Of a stretch of 45,659 bases of DNA, positions 12,643 through 26,010 are shown piece by piece. Source of the DNA: Eledone cirrhosa (taxonomy: Eukaryota); contig CAXHJY010001628.1 of NCBI GenBank assembly GCA_964016885.1, forward strand, positions 1 through 45,659, given 5' to 3'. The notes under the pieces were generated by a model, which worked only from the letters and a program-made list of their open reading frames with translations, was not told the origin of the DNA and searched no databases. Every line of letters starts with the position of its first letter. Positions within the stretch are counted from its first letter, which is position 1. The position numbers and the translations under genes are program-made.

Positions 12643-13212
12643 ACGTTAATCCGGGTTGAATCGGAGGTAACCACAGTAAGTAAGGTACTCAATACATAGC
12701 AGAGTATAACAGTTTTAATATAGGAGAGATTCTACAGGACTAGAACTGTTTCATTCATTAGAAATCATCAGGAATCTGGGTATCAAAAAATAAAAATGGT
12801 ATTTATAGGTCTCTACAAGTGGTAGGAGAGGGTGGGGAGTGGGATGGGTGTGGGTCATTGGTTGATAGAAAAGGGAATTCATTAAAAGCTAATTCTACAA
12901 AGCTATAGTTTATTTTTATTTATCTATGATTTTAGAGTAACAAGGGCAGACAGAATTCTATAAACAGGTTCCGGATGGCATACCATTCCTTGTCATTAAG
13001 ATTCTCTCAAGCTAACAGATGACTATAAAATCATGGTCGATAGAATTAAAGAAAGGGAGATTCTTTAAAAGCTAAAGTCATTAAGGTTCTACTAAGTGAC
13101 AAAGGTCTAGAGAATTCTGTAGACAGATTCAAAATACTGAGTGCATATCTTACAATTATCTTCGAACTTCTCTTAAACTAATCAGCTGTATGCCAAAAAT
13201 CAACAGACACAT
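12643..13212 (-). mobile_element. probable Penelope-like 3' terminal region
   Basis: Minus-strand HHR about 85 nt from the (TA)n junction, TTGAGTAC at 12685-12692 (-), and a sense-strand C-rich tract at ~12825-12854. Confidence 0.6.
12727..12777 (-). ncRNA. type I hammerhead ribozyme
   Basis: AGAUUC-CUGAUGA-u UUC uaau GAA u-GAA-ACAG uucuaguc CUGU-A/GAAUCU. 6-bp stem I, short stem II with a U.U closing mismatch, 4-bp stem III, GUA triplet. Confidence 0.8.
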
Positions 13213-13377
13213 TCACAAAAAAACATACTCACTCACACACTTACGCGCAACCATAAACACACACACAAACACATATACACACATAAAAACACACACACAT
13301 ATATAAATAATATATTCATATACATACATATACATACACACATACATACATATACATATATATACACACACATATAT

Positions 13378-13419
<42 letters not shown>

Positions 13420-13821
13420 TATACATACACACACACACATACACATATATACACACACACACACATACACATATATACACACACACACACACATATATAC
13501 ACATATAAATACACTCACACACACACATACATACAAACACAAATATACATGTGTATACATATACACACAAATACATATAGATATATATACATATATATAC
13601 ACAGACATAATACACACATATACACATATATATATATGTACATATATATATATATATATACACATACATACATACATATATATATACACACACATACATA
13701 TACAAATATACACACATATATACATATACACATACACACACATATATACAAATACACACACATACACACACACACATTTATACATACATATACACATATA
13801 TATACACATTCATATATATAT

Positions 13822-13873
<52 letters not shown>

Positions 13874-14148
13874 TGTTATACTTTGGGAGGGTCATGTTGC
13901 CAATACACACATATACACATATATATATATACATATATATATATATACACATACATACATACATATTGGCAACATGACCCTCCCAAAGTATAACAATATC
14001 GGTTTCAACACACGATTTCAGACAAAGAATCTTGCTAAACAAATTCAGAACGAAATATATATGTATACATATATACATATATATATAAACATATATATAT
14101 ATATACACATAAACAAATATATACACATACAAACACACACACACACAC

Positions 14149-14237
<89 letters not shown>

Positions 14238-14322
14238 TATATACACATATATAAGGAAAAAGCACCATACATACATATATATATACACACACATATATAT
14301 ATATATATATACACACCTACAT
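13213..14322. repeat. (CA)/(TA) microsatellite mosaic
   Basis: CA-rich on the + strand; interrupted by the small inverted repeat at 13870-14053. Confidence 0.9.
13870..14053. repeat. 36-bp perfect inverted repeat (13870-13905 / 13964-13999) with a unique ~54-nt tail
   Basis: ATATTGTTATACTTTGGGAGGGTCATGTTGCCAATA and its reverse complement flank a 58-nt microsatellite spacer. Confidence 0.9.
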
Positions 14323-14677
14323 ATCATCATCATCATCATCATCATCATCACCGTTTTACGTCCGTTCTTCCACGCTAGCATGGGTTAGACGGGTTGTCCT
14401 GTTGTGGGCAGTGTCTGGTCGGCTGACCATGCCTTGCTCATACAGGAACTGATTTGGCTTGATTTCTACAGCTGGATGCCCTTCCTAACACCAACCTCAT
14501 TTACAGTGAGTGCTGGGTGCTTTTTCGTGGCGCCTACACGTCCACTTTACAGTGTGGGCTGGGTGCTTTTTTGCCGTGGCACCTCCACGACCACCTTGCG
14601 GTGGGGGGGGGGGGGGGGGGCATATTGTTTATATGCTTCTGCATGTACCCATGGGAGGTCAGGTACCCTGTATTACT
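14323..14677 (-). mobile_element. RTE-A copy 3 (3' UTR and tail only)
   Basis: Matches ~9690-10031; (TCA)n on +. Confidence 0.92.
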
Positions 14678-14708
14678 ATACATATATATATAATATATAT
14701 ATATATAT

Positions 14709-14755
<47 letters not shown>

Positions 14756-14823
14756 CACCATTCATACATATATTCATATATATATACACACATACACACA
14801 TATACACATACATATACACACAC

Positions 14824-14866
<43 letters not shown>

Positions 14867-14899
14867 CACATATACACATACATATATATACATATATAT

Positions 14900-16803
14900 A
14901 TCATCATCATCATCATCATCATCAACGTTTAACGTCCGTGTTCCACGCTTGCATGGGTTTGGACGGGGGTAGTCCCCACTTGAGGCAAGAGTGATTGTCT
15001 TGCTCGCATAGGACTGTCTGCAGGTTTTCTACAGTTGGATGCCCTTCCTAACACCAACCACATTTACAGTGTGGGTCTGGGAGGTTTTTACCGTGTTGCC
15101 TACACGGCACATTACAGCGTGGACTGTGTGTTTTTTTGTCGTGACACCTACACGATCTCATTTGTTTCGGCCTCGATGGCGCGGCACCAACATAACTTTA
15201 CATAGAACGGGGTGGTGTGGATCGGGTGGGGGTGGTGGGACGGGGTGTATTTGTTAGAGATGCCTACTGGCTGGAGTAGGTTTTACTATATATTTAGGTA
15301 AGGCGGGTCTTCTCTGTTACTGAGTACCGCCAAAGGTCTCGGTCCAGTGACATTGTCTTGGAGAGGTGTAAGTGTGTGATGTCGGAGTTTATCAGCTCGT
15401 CCCAGGTTTTTCTAGGTCTGCCTATTCCGTGACTACCGTCTATCTTTATTGCCCTGCACTTTGTTTATACAGCTATCGACTTTCATGCGCATCACGTGTC
15501 CATACCAACGTAGCCTTCTCTCGAGTAGACAACATCTGATCCCTCTTATCTCTAATTTATTCCTTAGTTCGTTTATGCTTTGCCGTTCACGTATATTACT
15601 GTTACACATCCAGCGGAGCATGCAAGCTTCGTTCCTCTCTAGTCTGCGTATATCCTCTGCACACAATGCCCAGGTCTCACTGCCATGCAGCATTGCTGTT
15701 CGTATGCAGGCATCGTACAACCTGCCTTTCATTTTTAGTGAGAACCCTTTAGCAGCTAATAGTGGTATAAGCTCTCTGAACTTTTTCCAACCAGTTCTGA
15801 CTCTAGCTACAGTACTTTCAGAGCACCCTCCCCCACTGCTGATTTTATCGCCCAGGTAACGGAAGCTGTCCACTATTTCTATAGAACCCTCTGCGCAATT
15901 GAAAGAGCTAGTATTTTGTGGGCACTTGCTGCTACTTATTGCACCAGAGCACCGGCCACATGTAAAATCTATGTTCTTAGTTAGCCTACCTGTGATCCCA
16001 CTACATCTTTTATGCACCCATACTTTGCATTTAGGACATAAAATGGAGTTTCTACCTACGCCTTTCCTACACACCGAGCACGACCATTTCCCAGAAGGGA
16101 CCGCCGCCTTGTTTTCTTTCCTACAAACTAGTACTTTGGTCTTAGCCAGGTTAATTTTAAGTCCTTTTGACTCTAGGCCGTGCTTCCATGTTTGGAATTT
16201 CTTCTCTAGCTCGGCCATTGATTCCGCTATGAGTGTCAGGTCGTCTGCGTATAGGAGTTCCCATGGGCAGCCTGTCTTGAACTCCTCTGTTATGGCCTGA
16301 AGGGCAATAATAAATAGTAGTGGACTGAGAACAGAGCCCTGATGGACGCCGACTTTTACGCTAAACTCTTCACTATATTCGTTGTTAATTCTAACCTTGC
16401 TGACTGTTTCTTTATACATGGCTTGTATAGCCCTCACAAGCCATTCGTCAACGCCTAGTTTTCTAAGAGCCCACCAGATAATGGAGCGGGGGGACTCTGT
16501 CGAAGGCTTTCTCCAAGTCGACAAAAGCTAAGTAGAGGGGTTTACCTTTAGCTAGGTACTTCTCTTGTAGTTGTCGTACTATGAAAAGAGCGTCTGTGGT
16601 ACTTTTGCCTGACACAAACCCGAACTGCATTTCATCTAGGTCAATTCTCTCTCTGATTAGTTGCGCTATTACTCTTTCCGTGACCTTCATGACCTGGTCG
16701 ATTAATTTAATGCCTCTATAGTTACTCCTATCTAGGGCGTCTCCTTTACCCTTATAACAGTTAACGATGATGCTGCTATGCCAGTCCTTCGGAACAACCC
16801 CGT
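14900..16803 (-). mobile_element. RTE-B copy 2 (5'-truncated, frameshifted RT)
   Basis: RT motifs NYRGIKL...YADD...RWYGHV; 1-bp homopolymer indels near 15464 and 16490; (TCA)n tail on +. Confidence 0.92.
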
Positions 16804-16804
16804 T

Positions 16805-16840
<36 letters not shown>

Positions 16841-16959
16841 TATATACATGCACATATACACACACATACACATACAAACATATATACACAAATACATACA
16901 CACATATACACACACACCCATATATATATATATATACATACATATACACACACACATAT

Positions 16960-17002
<43 letters not shown>

Positions 17003-17037
17003 AATATATACATATATATAAAAACATACACACATAT

Positions 17038-17081
<44 letters not shown>

Positions 17082-17083
<2 letters not shown>

Positions 17084-18748
17084 CATCATCATCATCATCA
17101 TCAACGTTTAACGTCCGTGTTCCACGCTTGCATGGGTTTGGACGGGGGTAGTCCCACTTGAGGCAAGAGTGATTGTCTTGCTCGCATAGGACTGTCTGGC
17201 AGGTTTTCTACAGTTGGATGCCCTTCCTAACACCAACCACATTTACAGTGTGGGTCTGGGAGGTTTTTACCGTGTTGCCTACACGGCCACATTACAGCGT
17301 GGACTGTGTGTTTTTTTTGTCGTGACACCTACACGATCTCATTTGTTTCGGCCTCGATGGCGCGGCACCAACATAACTTTACATAGAACGGGGTGGTGTG
17401 GATCGGGTGGGGGTGGTGGGACGGGGTGTATTTGTTAGAGATGCCTACTGGCTGGAGTAGGTTTTACTATATATTTAGGTAAGGCGGGTCTTCTCTGTTA
17501 CTGAGTACCGCCAAAGGTCTCGGTCCAGTGACATTGTCTTGGAGAGGTGTAAGTGTGTGATGTCGGAGTTTATCAGCTCGTCCCAGGTTTTTCTAGGTCT
17601 GCCTATTCCGTGACTACCGTCTATCTTTATTGCCCTGCACTTTGTTATACAGCTATCGACTTTCATGCGCATCACGTGTCCATACCAACGTAGCCTTCTC
17701 TCGAGTAAACAACATCTGATCCCTCTTATCTCTAATTTATTCCTTAGTTCGTTTATGCTTTGCCGTTCACGTATATTACTGTTACACATCCAGCGGAGCA
17801 TGCAAGCTTCGTTCCTCTCTAGTCTGCGTATATCCTCTGCACACAATGCCCAGGTCTCACTGCCATGCAGCATTGCTGTTCGTATGCAGGCATCGTACAA
17901 CCTGCCTTTCATTTTTAGTGAGAACCCTTTAGCAGCTAATAGTGGTATAAGCTCTCTGAACTTTTTCCAACCAGTTCTGACTCTAGCTACAGTACTTTCA
18001 GAGCACCCTCCCCCACTGCTGATTTTATCGCCCAGGTAACGGAAGCTGTCCACTATTTCTATAGAACCCTCTGCGCAATTGAAAGAGCTAGTAGTTTGTG
18101 GGCACTTGCTGCTACTTATTGCACCAGAGCACCGGCCACATGTAAAATCTATGTTCTTAGTTAGCCTACCTGTGATCCCACTACATCTTTTATGCACCCA
18201 TACTTTGCATTTAGGACATAAAATGGAGTTTCTACCTACGCCTTTCCTACACACCGAGCACGACCATTTCCCAGAAGGGACCGCCGCCTTGTTTTCTTTC
18301 CTACAAACTAGTACTTTGGTCTTAGCCAGGTTAATTTTAAGTCCTTTTGACTCTAGGCCGTGCTTCCATGTTTGGAATTTCTTCTCTAGCTCGGCCATTG
18401 ATTCCGCTATGAGTGTCAGGTCGTCTGCGTATAGGAGTTCCCATGGGCAGCCTGTCTTGAACTCCTCTGTTATGGCCTGAAGGGCAATAATAAATAGTAG
18501 TGGACTGAGAACAGAGCCCTGATGGACGCCGACTTTTACGCTAAACTCTTCACTATATTCGTTGTTAATTCTAACCTTGCTGACTGTTTCTTTATACATG
18601 GCTTGTATAGCCCTCACAAGCCATTCGTCAACGCCTAGTTTTCTAAGAGCCCACCAGATAATGGAGCGGGGGACTCTGTCGAAGGCTTTCTCCAAGTCGA
18701 CAAAAGCTAAGTAGAGGGGTTTACCTTTAGCTAGGTACTTCTCTTGTA
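17082..18748 (-). mobile_element. RTE-B copy 3 (5'-truncated)
   Basis: Near-identical to copy 2; (TCA)n tail on +. Confidence 0.92.
17475..18746 (-). CDS. RTE-B reverse transcriptase, partial open frame
   Basis: QEKYL...DLEKAFDRV...QGSVLSP...YADD...PHD-like finger...FRYLG...KTRLT*. The N-terminal part of the listed 556-aa ORF is microsatellite. Confidence 0.88.
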   Translation of the reverse strand, partial: QEKYLAKGKPLYLAFVDLEKAFDRVPRSIIWWALRKLGVDEWLVRAIQAMYKETVSKVRINNEYSEEFSVKVGVHQGSVLSPLLFIIALQAITEEFKTGCPWELLYADDLTLIAESMAELEKKFQTWKHGLESKGLKINLAKTKVLVCRKENKAAVPSGKWSCSVCRKGVGRNSILCPKCKVWVHKRCSGITGRLTKNIDFTCGRCSGAISSSKCPQTTSSFNCAEGSIEIVDSFRYLGDKISSGGGCSESTVARVRTGWKKFRELIPLLAAKGFSLKMKGRLYDACIRTAMLHGSETWALCAEDIRRLERNEACMLRWMCNSNIRERQSINELRNKLEIRGIRCCLLERRLRWYGHVMRMKVDSCITKCRAIKIDGSHGIGRPRKTWDELINSDITHLHLSKTMSLDRDLWRYSVTEKTRLT

Positions 18749-18759
18749 TATATATATAT

Positions 18760-18796
<37 letters not shown>

Positions 18797-18917
18797 TATA
18801 CACATACAAACATACATACAAACATACATATACACATACACATATAAAAATATATATATACACACATACATACACGCATGTATATATATATATATATACA
18901 TATATACATACACATAC

Positions 18918-18967
<50 letters not shown>

Positions 18968-19019
18968 ACACACACACACACATATACACATACACACACA
19001 CACATACATACATACATAT

Positions 19020-19058
<39 letters not shown>

Positions 19059-19368
19059 CACATACATATACACACACATATATATATACACGCACACACA
19101 TATACACATATATATACACACACACACACACATACACATGCACATGTATAAATTTTAAATATATATATATATATATATATGTAGATAAATCTACCAAGAG
19201 TTTACGGTAGTGTCCAATCCGTATGAAGAACTCAATGTATTCCGGATATCATGGAAAGAAGAGATGTAATGAAAAATCACTTTCGGTGAAAGATAAACGG
19301 TATACAGAGTCAAGATAAAATATTAAACAAATAATGAATAAACAATTCCTTATATTAAACAAAAAAAG

Positions 19369-19522
19369 TTCATTATTTAACGATCGTTTCTAGGATATAT
19401 ATGTGTTAGAATTGGCATGCATATTCAACAGATCTATGTACAAAATTATACAAAATTATACAAAATATCAAGATTAAATATACATACCAACACATATATA
19501 CGCCGTCTTCAGAAATAATGAA
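19369..19522 (-). ncRNA. type I hammerhead ribozyme with greatly extended stem II
   Basis: UUCAUUAUUU-CUGAAGA-(~115 nt paired region)-GAA-ACGAUCGU-U/AAAUAAUGAA. 10-bp stem I, palindromic stem III, GUU triplet. Confidence 0.82.
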
Positions 19523-20406
19523 GTATATTTATTGATAATAACAACAATTCAAAATTTCAGGTCCGTTTGGGAACAAAATTGACCAATGAAAACACAAAGG
19601 GTTAAATGCAGTTCGGTGTGTGTATATACATGTAAAACCCTTACACATATTTTACAAAAATGTATGTATAATTTGTATACGCATACTAAAAGGATGGATG
19701 CAAATACAAAATTTCAAGGTTAATGTCTCTGTAAGTTTATAATGCACAGATAAGATGCGTATTGACACAAGTATGAAATTAAGTATATAAATATATTTTT
19801 TCATACTCACACATATCCGTACAATCACACATACACGCGCGTATATGCATAAATATACACATAACCACGAACATACAAACACACACACACCCCCACTCAC
19901 ATTTATATATGTGGATATAAAATCATAAGCACATGGATATTAATTCACTCACATAAAACACTGGCACACACATTTTTAGATCAAGATACAGAAATTAGGT
20001 GGGAGGGGGGGGGAGAGGTCAGTATTCAACGGTCTGAGCAGACTGCCTAATATAGATGTATCTATAAACTAAGAAAATAAAAAATAATAAATAAACATTA
20101 AAGAGGAAAGAATAGAAAGAAAAAAGAAAAAAGAAAAAAGAAAAAAGAAATATATCAAGAAAATATATATATATATATATATACATATATATATACACAT
20201 ACATATATATATACATATATACACACACATATATATAATATACATATATATACACATAGACACACACACACACATACATAAATATACACACATATACAAA
20301 CACATACATACATATACACACATCCACACTAAGAACATACATACACACACATATATAAACATATACATATACACACATACATACATATACACATATACAT
20401 ACAAAT

Positions 20407-20455
<49 letters not shown>

Positions 20456-20774
20456 CATATATATGTATATACACGTACATATACACACACATATACATAT
20501 AATCACACATACTATATAGACACACATATATATAACCACACACATACATGCACATATACAACACTTACATACTAATATACATACAGATATACACATACAT
20601 AGCTATATATACACACAAATATATACAGACTTACATATATACATACAGACAAATACTTACGCATCTATATATCGGTATATACATACAAACACCACTACAC
20701 TATCACACAACTTAGAAATACAAAGAGAAAGGTATATACCTATACACACATACATATACAAATAGAAAAACATA

Positions 20775-20812
<38 letters not shown>

Positions 20813-21095
20813 TATATATATACATATATATATATAACATATATATATATATATATATACACATACATATACACATACACACACATACACGTACACACAC
20901 ATACATACATGTACACACACATAGAAATATATACGCATACACACATACACACATACATATAAAGTCATACACACACAAACACCTACACGAACATACACAT
21001 ACACATATATAAAGATATATATACACACACACACACACACAACACATACACACATACACATATATATAAAAAAAATAAATAATAAAGATATATAC

Positions 21096-21146
<51 letters not shown>

Positions 21147-21493
21147 CATATATATATACATACACATACATACACACATACATAGACATACATGTACATA
21201 CATACACGTACATCGATATACATACATATATATATACACACATAGACATATACATACATACACACACAACTTACATACACACATATATATACATGTATAT
21301 TCATACATAGAATTAGATATATAATCATACATACATATGCACTTACTTATACTCATATATACAAATACATACGCATCCATATATGCGTATATACATAAAA
21401 ACACCACTACAACCTCACCTAACTCAGACATACAAATAAAAATAAAAAGGCATATGTATATACATATATACACGCATTAATAGAGACATATAT

Positions 21494-21541
<48 letters not shown>

Positions 21542-21786
21542 ATTCATATATATATATATATAGATACCCACACACACAAACCACCATAAATACACATACA
21601 AACACCCACATATACATATATATACACACGTATATATATATATATATACACACACATAAAAAACAGACATGCACATATATATATATATTTTTTTACACTT
21701 ATATATACACATATTATATACACATACACAACCTCACATATACACACATACACATAAGTTATATTATAATAATAAAAAAATAAAAA

Positions 21787-21823
<37 letters not shown>

Positions 21824-21910
21824 CATATATATATATATACACATACATATAAACATATACATACATATATACACACATACGAATATAGACATATATTCAC
21901 ACATAGACAC

Positions 21911-21951
<41 letters not shown>

Positions 21952-22166
21952 TACATATACACAGACACATATACACACTCACATATATATGTGTGTGCAC
22001 ACACACATATATACACACATACACATATATACACATAAACATATATATGTGCATACATGCACACACACACACATATATCACATAGATACGAAGATAGACA
22101 TATAAATAGAGAGACATACATATATATACAACACACATACACACACATACATACACACACATATAC

Positions 22167-22200
<34 letters not shown>

Positions 22201-22206
22201 CTATAT

Positions 22207-22253
<47 letters not shown>

Positions 22254-23598
22254 CATACACATATACATACACACATTCACATACACATACATATATACAT
22301 GCATATATACACACATATACATACATACACACACTCATATATACACCCACAATCTTACATTCATATTTGCATGCGCATATATGTATTTTTATATTCAGAT
22401 ATAAATACCCAAACCTATATAGACACCTACCTACATATATATTCATACATACACGCTTACAAATACAGATGATAATAGTATGGGGGAAAGGGGGGTTTGG
22501 AGAAGGGGATCATAGTAAATATATGTTTCAAGAAACATAGAATATTTTCCGTATCTTGATCCAATGTATGTTTTTACATAGTTTCAGTGTTAGGAAATAC
22601 AATAAACAAGAACTAAGGCAAAATCTATGCATCTCAAAATAAACAAGTATACCATTAATTATATGTTAACTAAACCAAAGATAGTTAACATATTGATTTC
22701 TAAGGTGTAAATTAGTTAGGTTTATAATATTTGAAGCAGAATTTTGAAGTTAAATAGTAGTAGAGTATTAATTATAGTATAACTAAATTAAAGTTAATAA
22801 CGTAATGGTATCAATATTAGGAAATGAATTTAGTAATAGGGAAAAAACAAATAAAATAAAGTATTACATCGGTAGTAGAATATAAATTATAGGTTAACTA
22901 AATTAAAAATTATATATTTATTTCTATAGTATATGTTAATTAGGTATATAATACATAAAACAGATATTGTATTTTATCAATAGCATAATATAATTATATG
23001 CAAATAGAAATCAAAATTAATACACATACATATACATATACATACACATACATATATACATATATATACACATATATATATATATACATATATACACATA
23101 TACATACACACACACATACACATACACATATACATATCTTTTTCAAAAAATTGCATAGAATATATTAACTAGGTATATATCCAAAACACATCCCATTCTA
23201 TGATTACATGACATTCTGCAATTCGTCTGTATAAGGATACTAATTTTAAGCAAATTAAAATTAAATTTTTAGGTTGATTAAAATTAAAACCAAATTATAA
23301 ATATATTTCTAAAATGTATATTAATTAGGTCTATAATACTAAAAATTATTTCTCTGTCATTGGATACACGATATTATTTTGTTATATTTTATCTGTAAAA
23401 GAATTATAATAAAAGGTTTAAATAAATTAAAATTAATCTATAAATTAAATTACTAAGTATATATTAGTAATATTTAAAGGTTTTTCACAATTTATGATTA
23501 CATAATATTTTATATTCTCATCTGTAATAAAATTTTAATTAAATTAAATTTATAGGTTAACTAACATTTAAATTAAATTAATTTCTAAAATAATGTTA

Positions 23599-26010
23599 TT
23601 AATTAGGTTTATAATATTTAAATGTTTTTTTTAGTTTATGATTACACGATATAATTAATTCCTGTCGTTTATTTAATAAGATATCTTTAGACTTCATTAT
23701 TTCAAATAGTTCTTGGGAACATAATCTACATTCATTTCTATTATTTTGATAAGGGGTGGCTCTTTTGAGCACACTCCAGGTCAAATCATATTCTATATTC
23801 TTATTTTTATAACTATTGATTTTTTCTGCTAGAGATGTTGTATTAGCCAGTGCGGCATTTTTAAAACTATGCTTGTGGGTATTAAACCTTGTCTTAAAAT
23901 TGTTAGAGGTAGCTCCTATATATGAGCAAATAGAATCTTTAGTTTTAACATTACATTTATAGACTATGTTGTTAACAAGACAATTCCCTTTTAATGGGCA
24001 GTTTGCTTTGTTTCTACAGTTACATCCTTTCGTTAATTCTGTATTTGAGGAGATATTATGGTTAATTTGATGTACTGGTGGTATACTTATGGTTTTCTTA
24101 CATTTATATGCATTATAGGCACTTATATTTTGTTTTATGTTATTTGTTGTAGAGTATGAGAATTTAACTGTAGACCTATTTAAGATTTGATGGTATTTGT
24201 GGTTTGGCGGGAAGTTTTTCTCAAGGATATAAAAAAATTTTTTAGCAATATTATCCTTAACTTGTAAATTAAAAGGAGCATTATACCAAGTAACCCGTCT
24301 ATTACGGTTTCTATGTTGTTTATTATTTTTATTATTTTTATAGGTTGTATCGTGATTTTTACTAGGAGGATTAATGTTAATGATCTCACCACAACTATTT
24401 TTAGTTATATTTGTAGATTTAGGTGTTTTATCCTTTTTATTAGGAGTTTTATTATTAATATTTATTAGAGTTGTATGATGAGTAGTTTTTTGAGAGTTAC
24501 TATACTTTATATTAGAAGATTTGGTATTTTGGGGTATAGTGTGGGTGGCATTTAGGTGTGTACTTTTCATTTGGTGTTTGTTGGTAATATTATGTTGTAT
24601 GCTTTCAGTATTTTTAGTAGAAGGTATATACTCTAATCTATTTTTGTGGCCACTTCTATCTAGAGCTTCGTTATAGAAGGTCGCATTTTTATCAAATACA
24701 TCTTGGTTAGAAGAAAGGTTAGAAATTCTAAGTGATATATTATATGCAAGGTTTTTAAGGATAGATTTAGGGTGATTAGATTGTGAGTGTATGTAATGTA
24801 AGTTTTGGTTAGGTTTATGGTAAGGTTGGTAGATACCCGTAGCTAAATCTAAAGTTATATCTAGGAAATTTACTACTTTACTTGTTTTTTCAAAAGTAAT
24901 ATTAAGATTATAATAGTCTTTAAGGAAAGTTCTAATATGTTTTTTGTTTTTTTCAATTTCTGAAAGGCTAAGGTTGTTAGAAAGAAGAAGACAGTCATCA
25001 CGATATAAACCACCTTTGAGGTGGGGAAAAGAGGCATTTATGTTGAAAAGGAGAAAGAGGCCCACAAGATCAGTAATTTGGGCGGAATCGCTTGAACCCA
25101 TAGTAATATCAAAAAGATTACTATATGTGTTTCTGGTCCAGTATTCATTCTGAAATTCAATAAGTGTTAGTCTAGCATGTGTAATAATATTAATGTCATC
25201 CAAAGTTAAGTTAGATCTATTTTTAGCAAATATCAATGCTTTGTTCAGGAGTATAGGTGATATAGAAGAATAGTAATTATCTATATCAAATTGTAGGAAT
25301 GAAGCAGAAGATTTACACCTAATATTTTTAAACCAGTTAATTACCTGGGAGGTGTTTTCCCAGAGTGGTAAAATAACGTGTTTTCTTATTTGTGGGATGA
25401 CTCTATCTAAAATTTTTTTGCTAATTATTCCAATATCTGATTTGGAGGGACATATAAGTCTAATAGAAGGATTTGAGTTAAAGTTAGATTTGTGATCCTT
25501 CAGGTTGAAGTGTGGTCTTTTCAATGCCAAAGGTTCAGTTCTATCTTCAATGTTTAGTTTTTTTACTATGTTGTGTGTTTTGTTGTTGATGTTGGTGAGT
25601 GACACATTATTAGATTTTTTATAATTTTTTCTGAGTTCTTTATATATGAACTCGTTATAATGTTCAATATCCATATGATACAAGTTACCAGTTTTGTCCG
25701 AGTGGACATGGATTTTTTTAGACTTTTTTAGGTCCAATAGTGTAGAATCAAGGTCCTTTTGAAAGACGGATTTATACTTTTTAAATTTGAGGTGTTTAAT
25801 TAAATTAAAAAGGTCTTTCTCGAAGTCTTCAAGTAAAAAGTTGTGTGGTGGATTCTTGTAAGTATTGAAATCATACATATATTTCCGATCTGCTTGTTTA
25901 GATTTTCTATCGAAGTGGTAGGCTCTCCATCTAACCCTTCTGATAAAATTATTAGTTTTCTGAATCATAAGGAGTAAGAAGTCATCCTTAGAAGGTATTG
26001 GTATGTTTTT
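23599..26010 (-). CDS. Penelope-like reverse transcriptase + GIY-YIG endonuclease (5' end cut at the inversion junction)
   Basis: KNIPIPS...RVRWRA, SDKT, LKDHK, FDIDNYYSSI, MGSSDSAQITDLVG, GLYRDD, NFLDITL, CNCx5CPLxGxC linker, IVY...[17 protein letters not shown]...E...LN...CNH. Frame is open from 26010; first Met at 25968. Confidence 0.92.
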   Translation of the reverse strand, partial: KNIPIPSKDDFLLLMIQKTNNFIRRVRWRAYHFDRKSKQADRKYMYDFNTYKNPPHNFLLEDFEKDLFNLIKHLKFKKYKSVFQKDLDSTLLDLKKSKKIHVHSDKTGNLYHMDIEHYNEFIYKELRKNYKKSNNVSLTNINNKTHNIVKKLNIEDRTEPLALKRPHFNLKDHKSNFNSNPSIRLICPSKSDIGIISKKILDRVIPQIRKHVILPLWENTSQVINWFKNIRCKSSASFLQFDIDNYYSSISPILLNKALIFAKNRSNLTLDDINIITHARLTLIEFQNEYWTRNTYSNLFDITMGSSDSAQITDLVGLFLLFNINASFPHLKGGLYRDDCLLLSNNLSLSEIEKNKKHIRTFLKDYYNLNITFEKTSKVVNFLDITLDLATGIYQPYHKPNQNLHYIHSQSNHPKSILKNLAYNISLRISNLSSNQDVFDKNATFYNEALDRSGHKNRLEYIPSTKNTESIQHNITNKHQMKSTHLNATHTIPQNTKSSNIKYSNSQKTTHHTTLININNKTPNKKDKTPKSTNITKNSCGEIININPPSKNHDTTYKNNKNNKQHRNRNRRVTWYNAPFNLQVKDNIAKKFFYILEKNFPPNHKYHQILNRSTVKFSYSTTNNIKQNISAYNAYKCKKTISIPPVHQINHNISSNTELTKGCNCRNKANCPLKGNCLVNNIVYKCNVKTKDSICSYIGATSNNFKTRFNTHKHSFKNAALANTTSLAEKINSYKNKNIEYDLTWSVLKRATPYQNNRNECRLCSQELFEIMKSKDILLNKRQELIISCNHKLKKTFKYYKPN

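Larger units (their letters stand above)
19181..26010 (-). mobile_element. Penelope-like element PLE-A (Naiad-like), near-complete ORF plus ~4.4-kb 3' UTR
   Basis: RT+GIY-YIG ORF; long 3' UTR containing microsatellite mosaics; HHR near the 3' end; terminal tail 19181-19314 abutting (TA)n. Confidence 0.88.

Noticed and set aside
14000-14053. Possible hammerhead on the minus strand (CUGAAAUC...GAAACCGAUA)
   Set aside because: The core does not fit CUGANGA and there is no supporting stem I or stem II.
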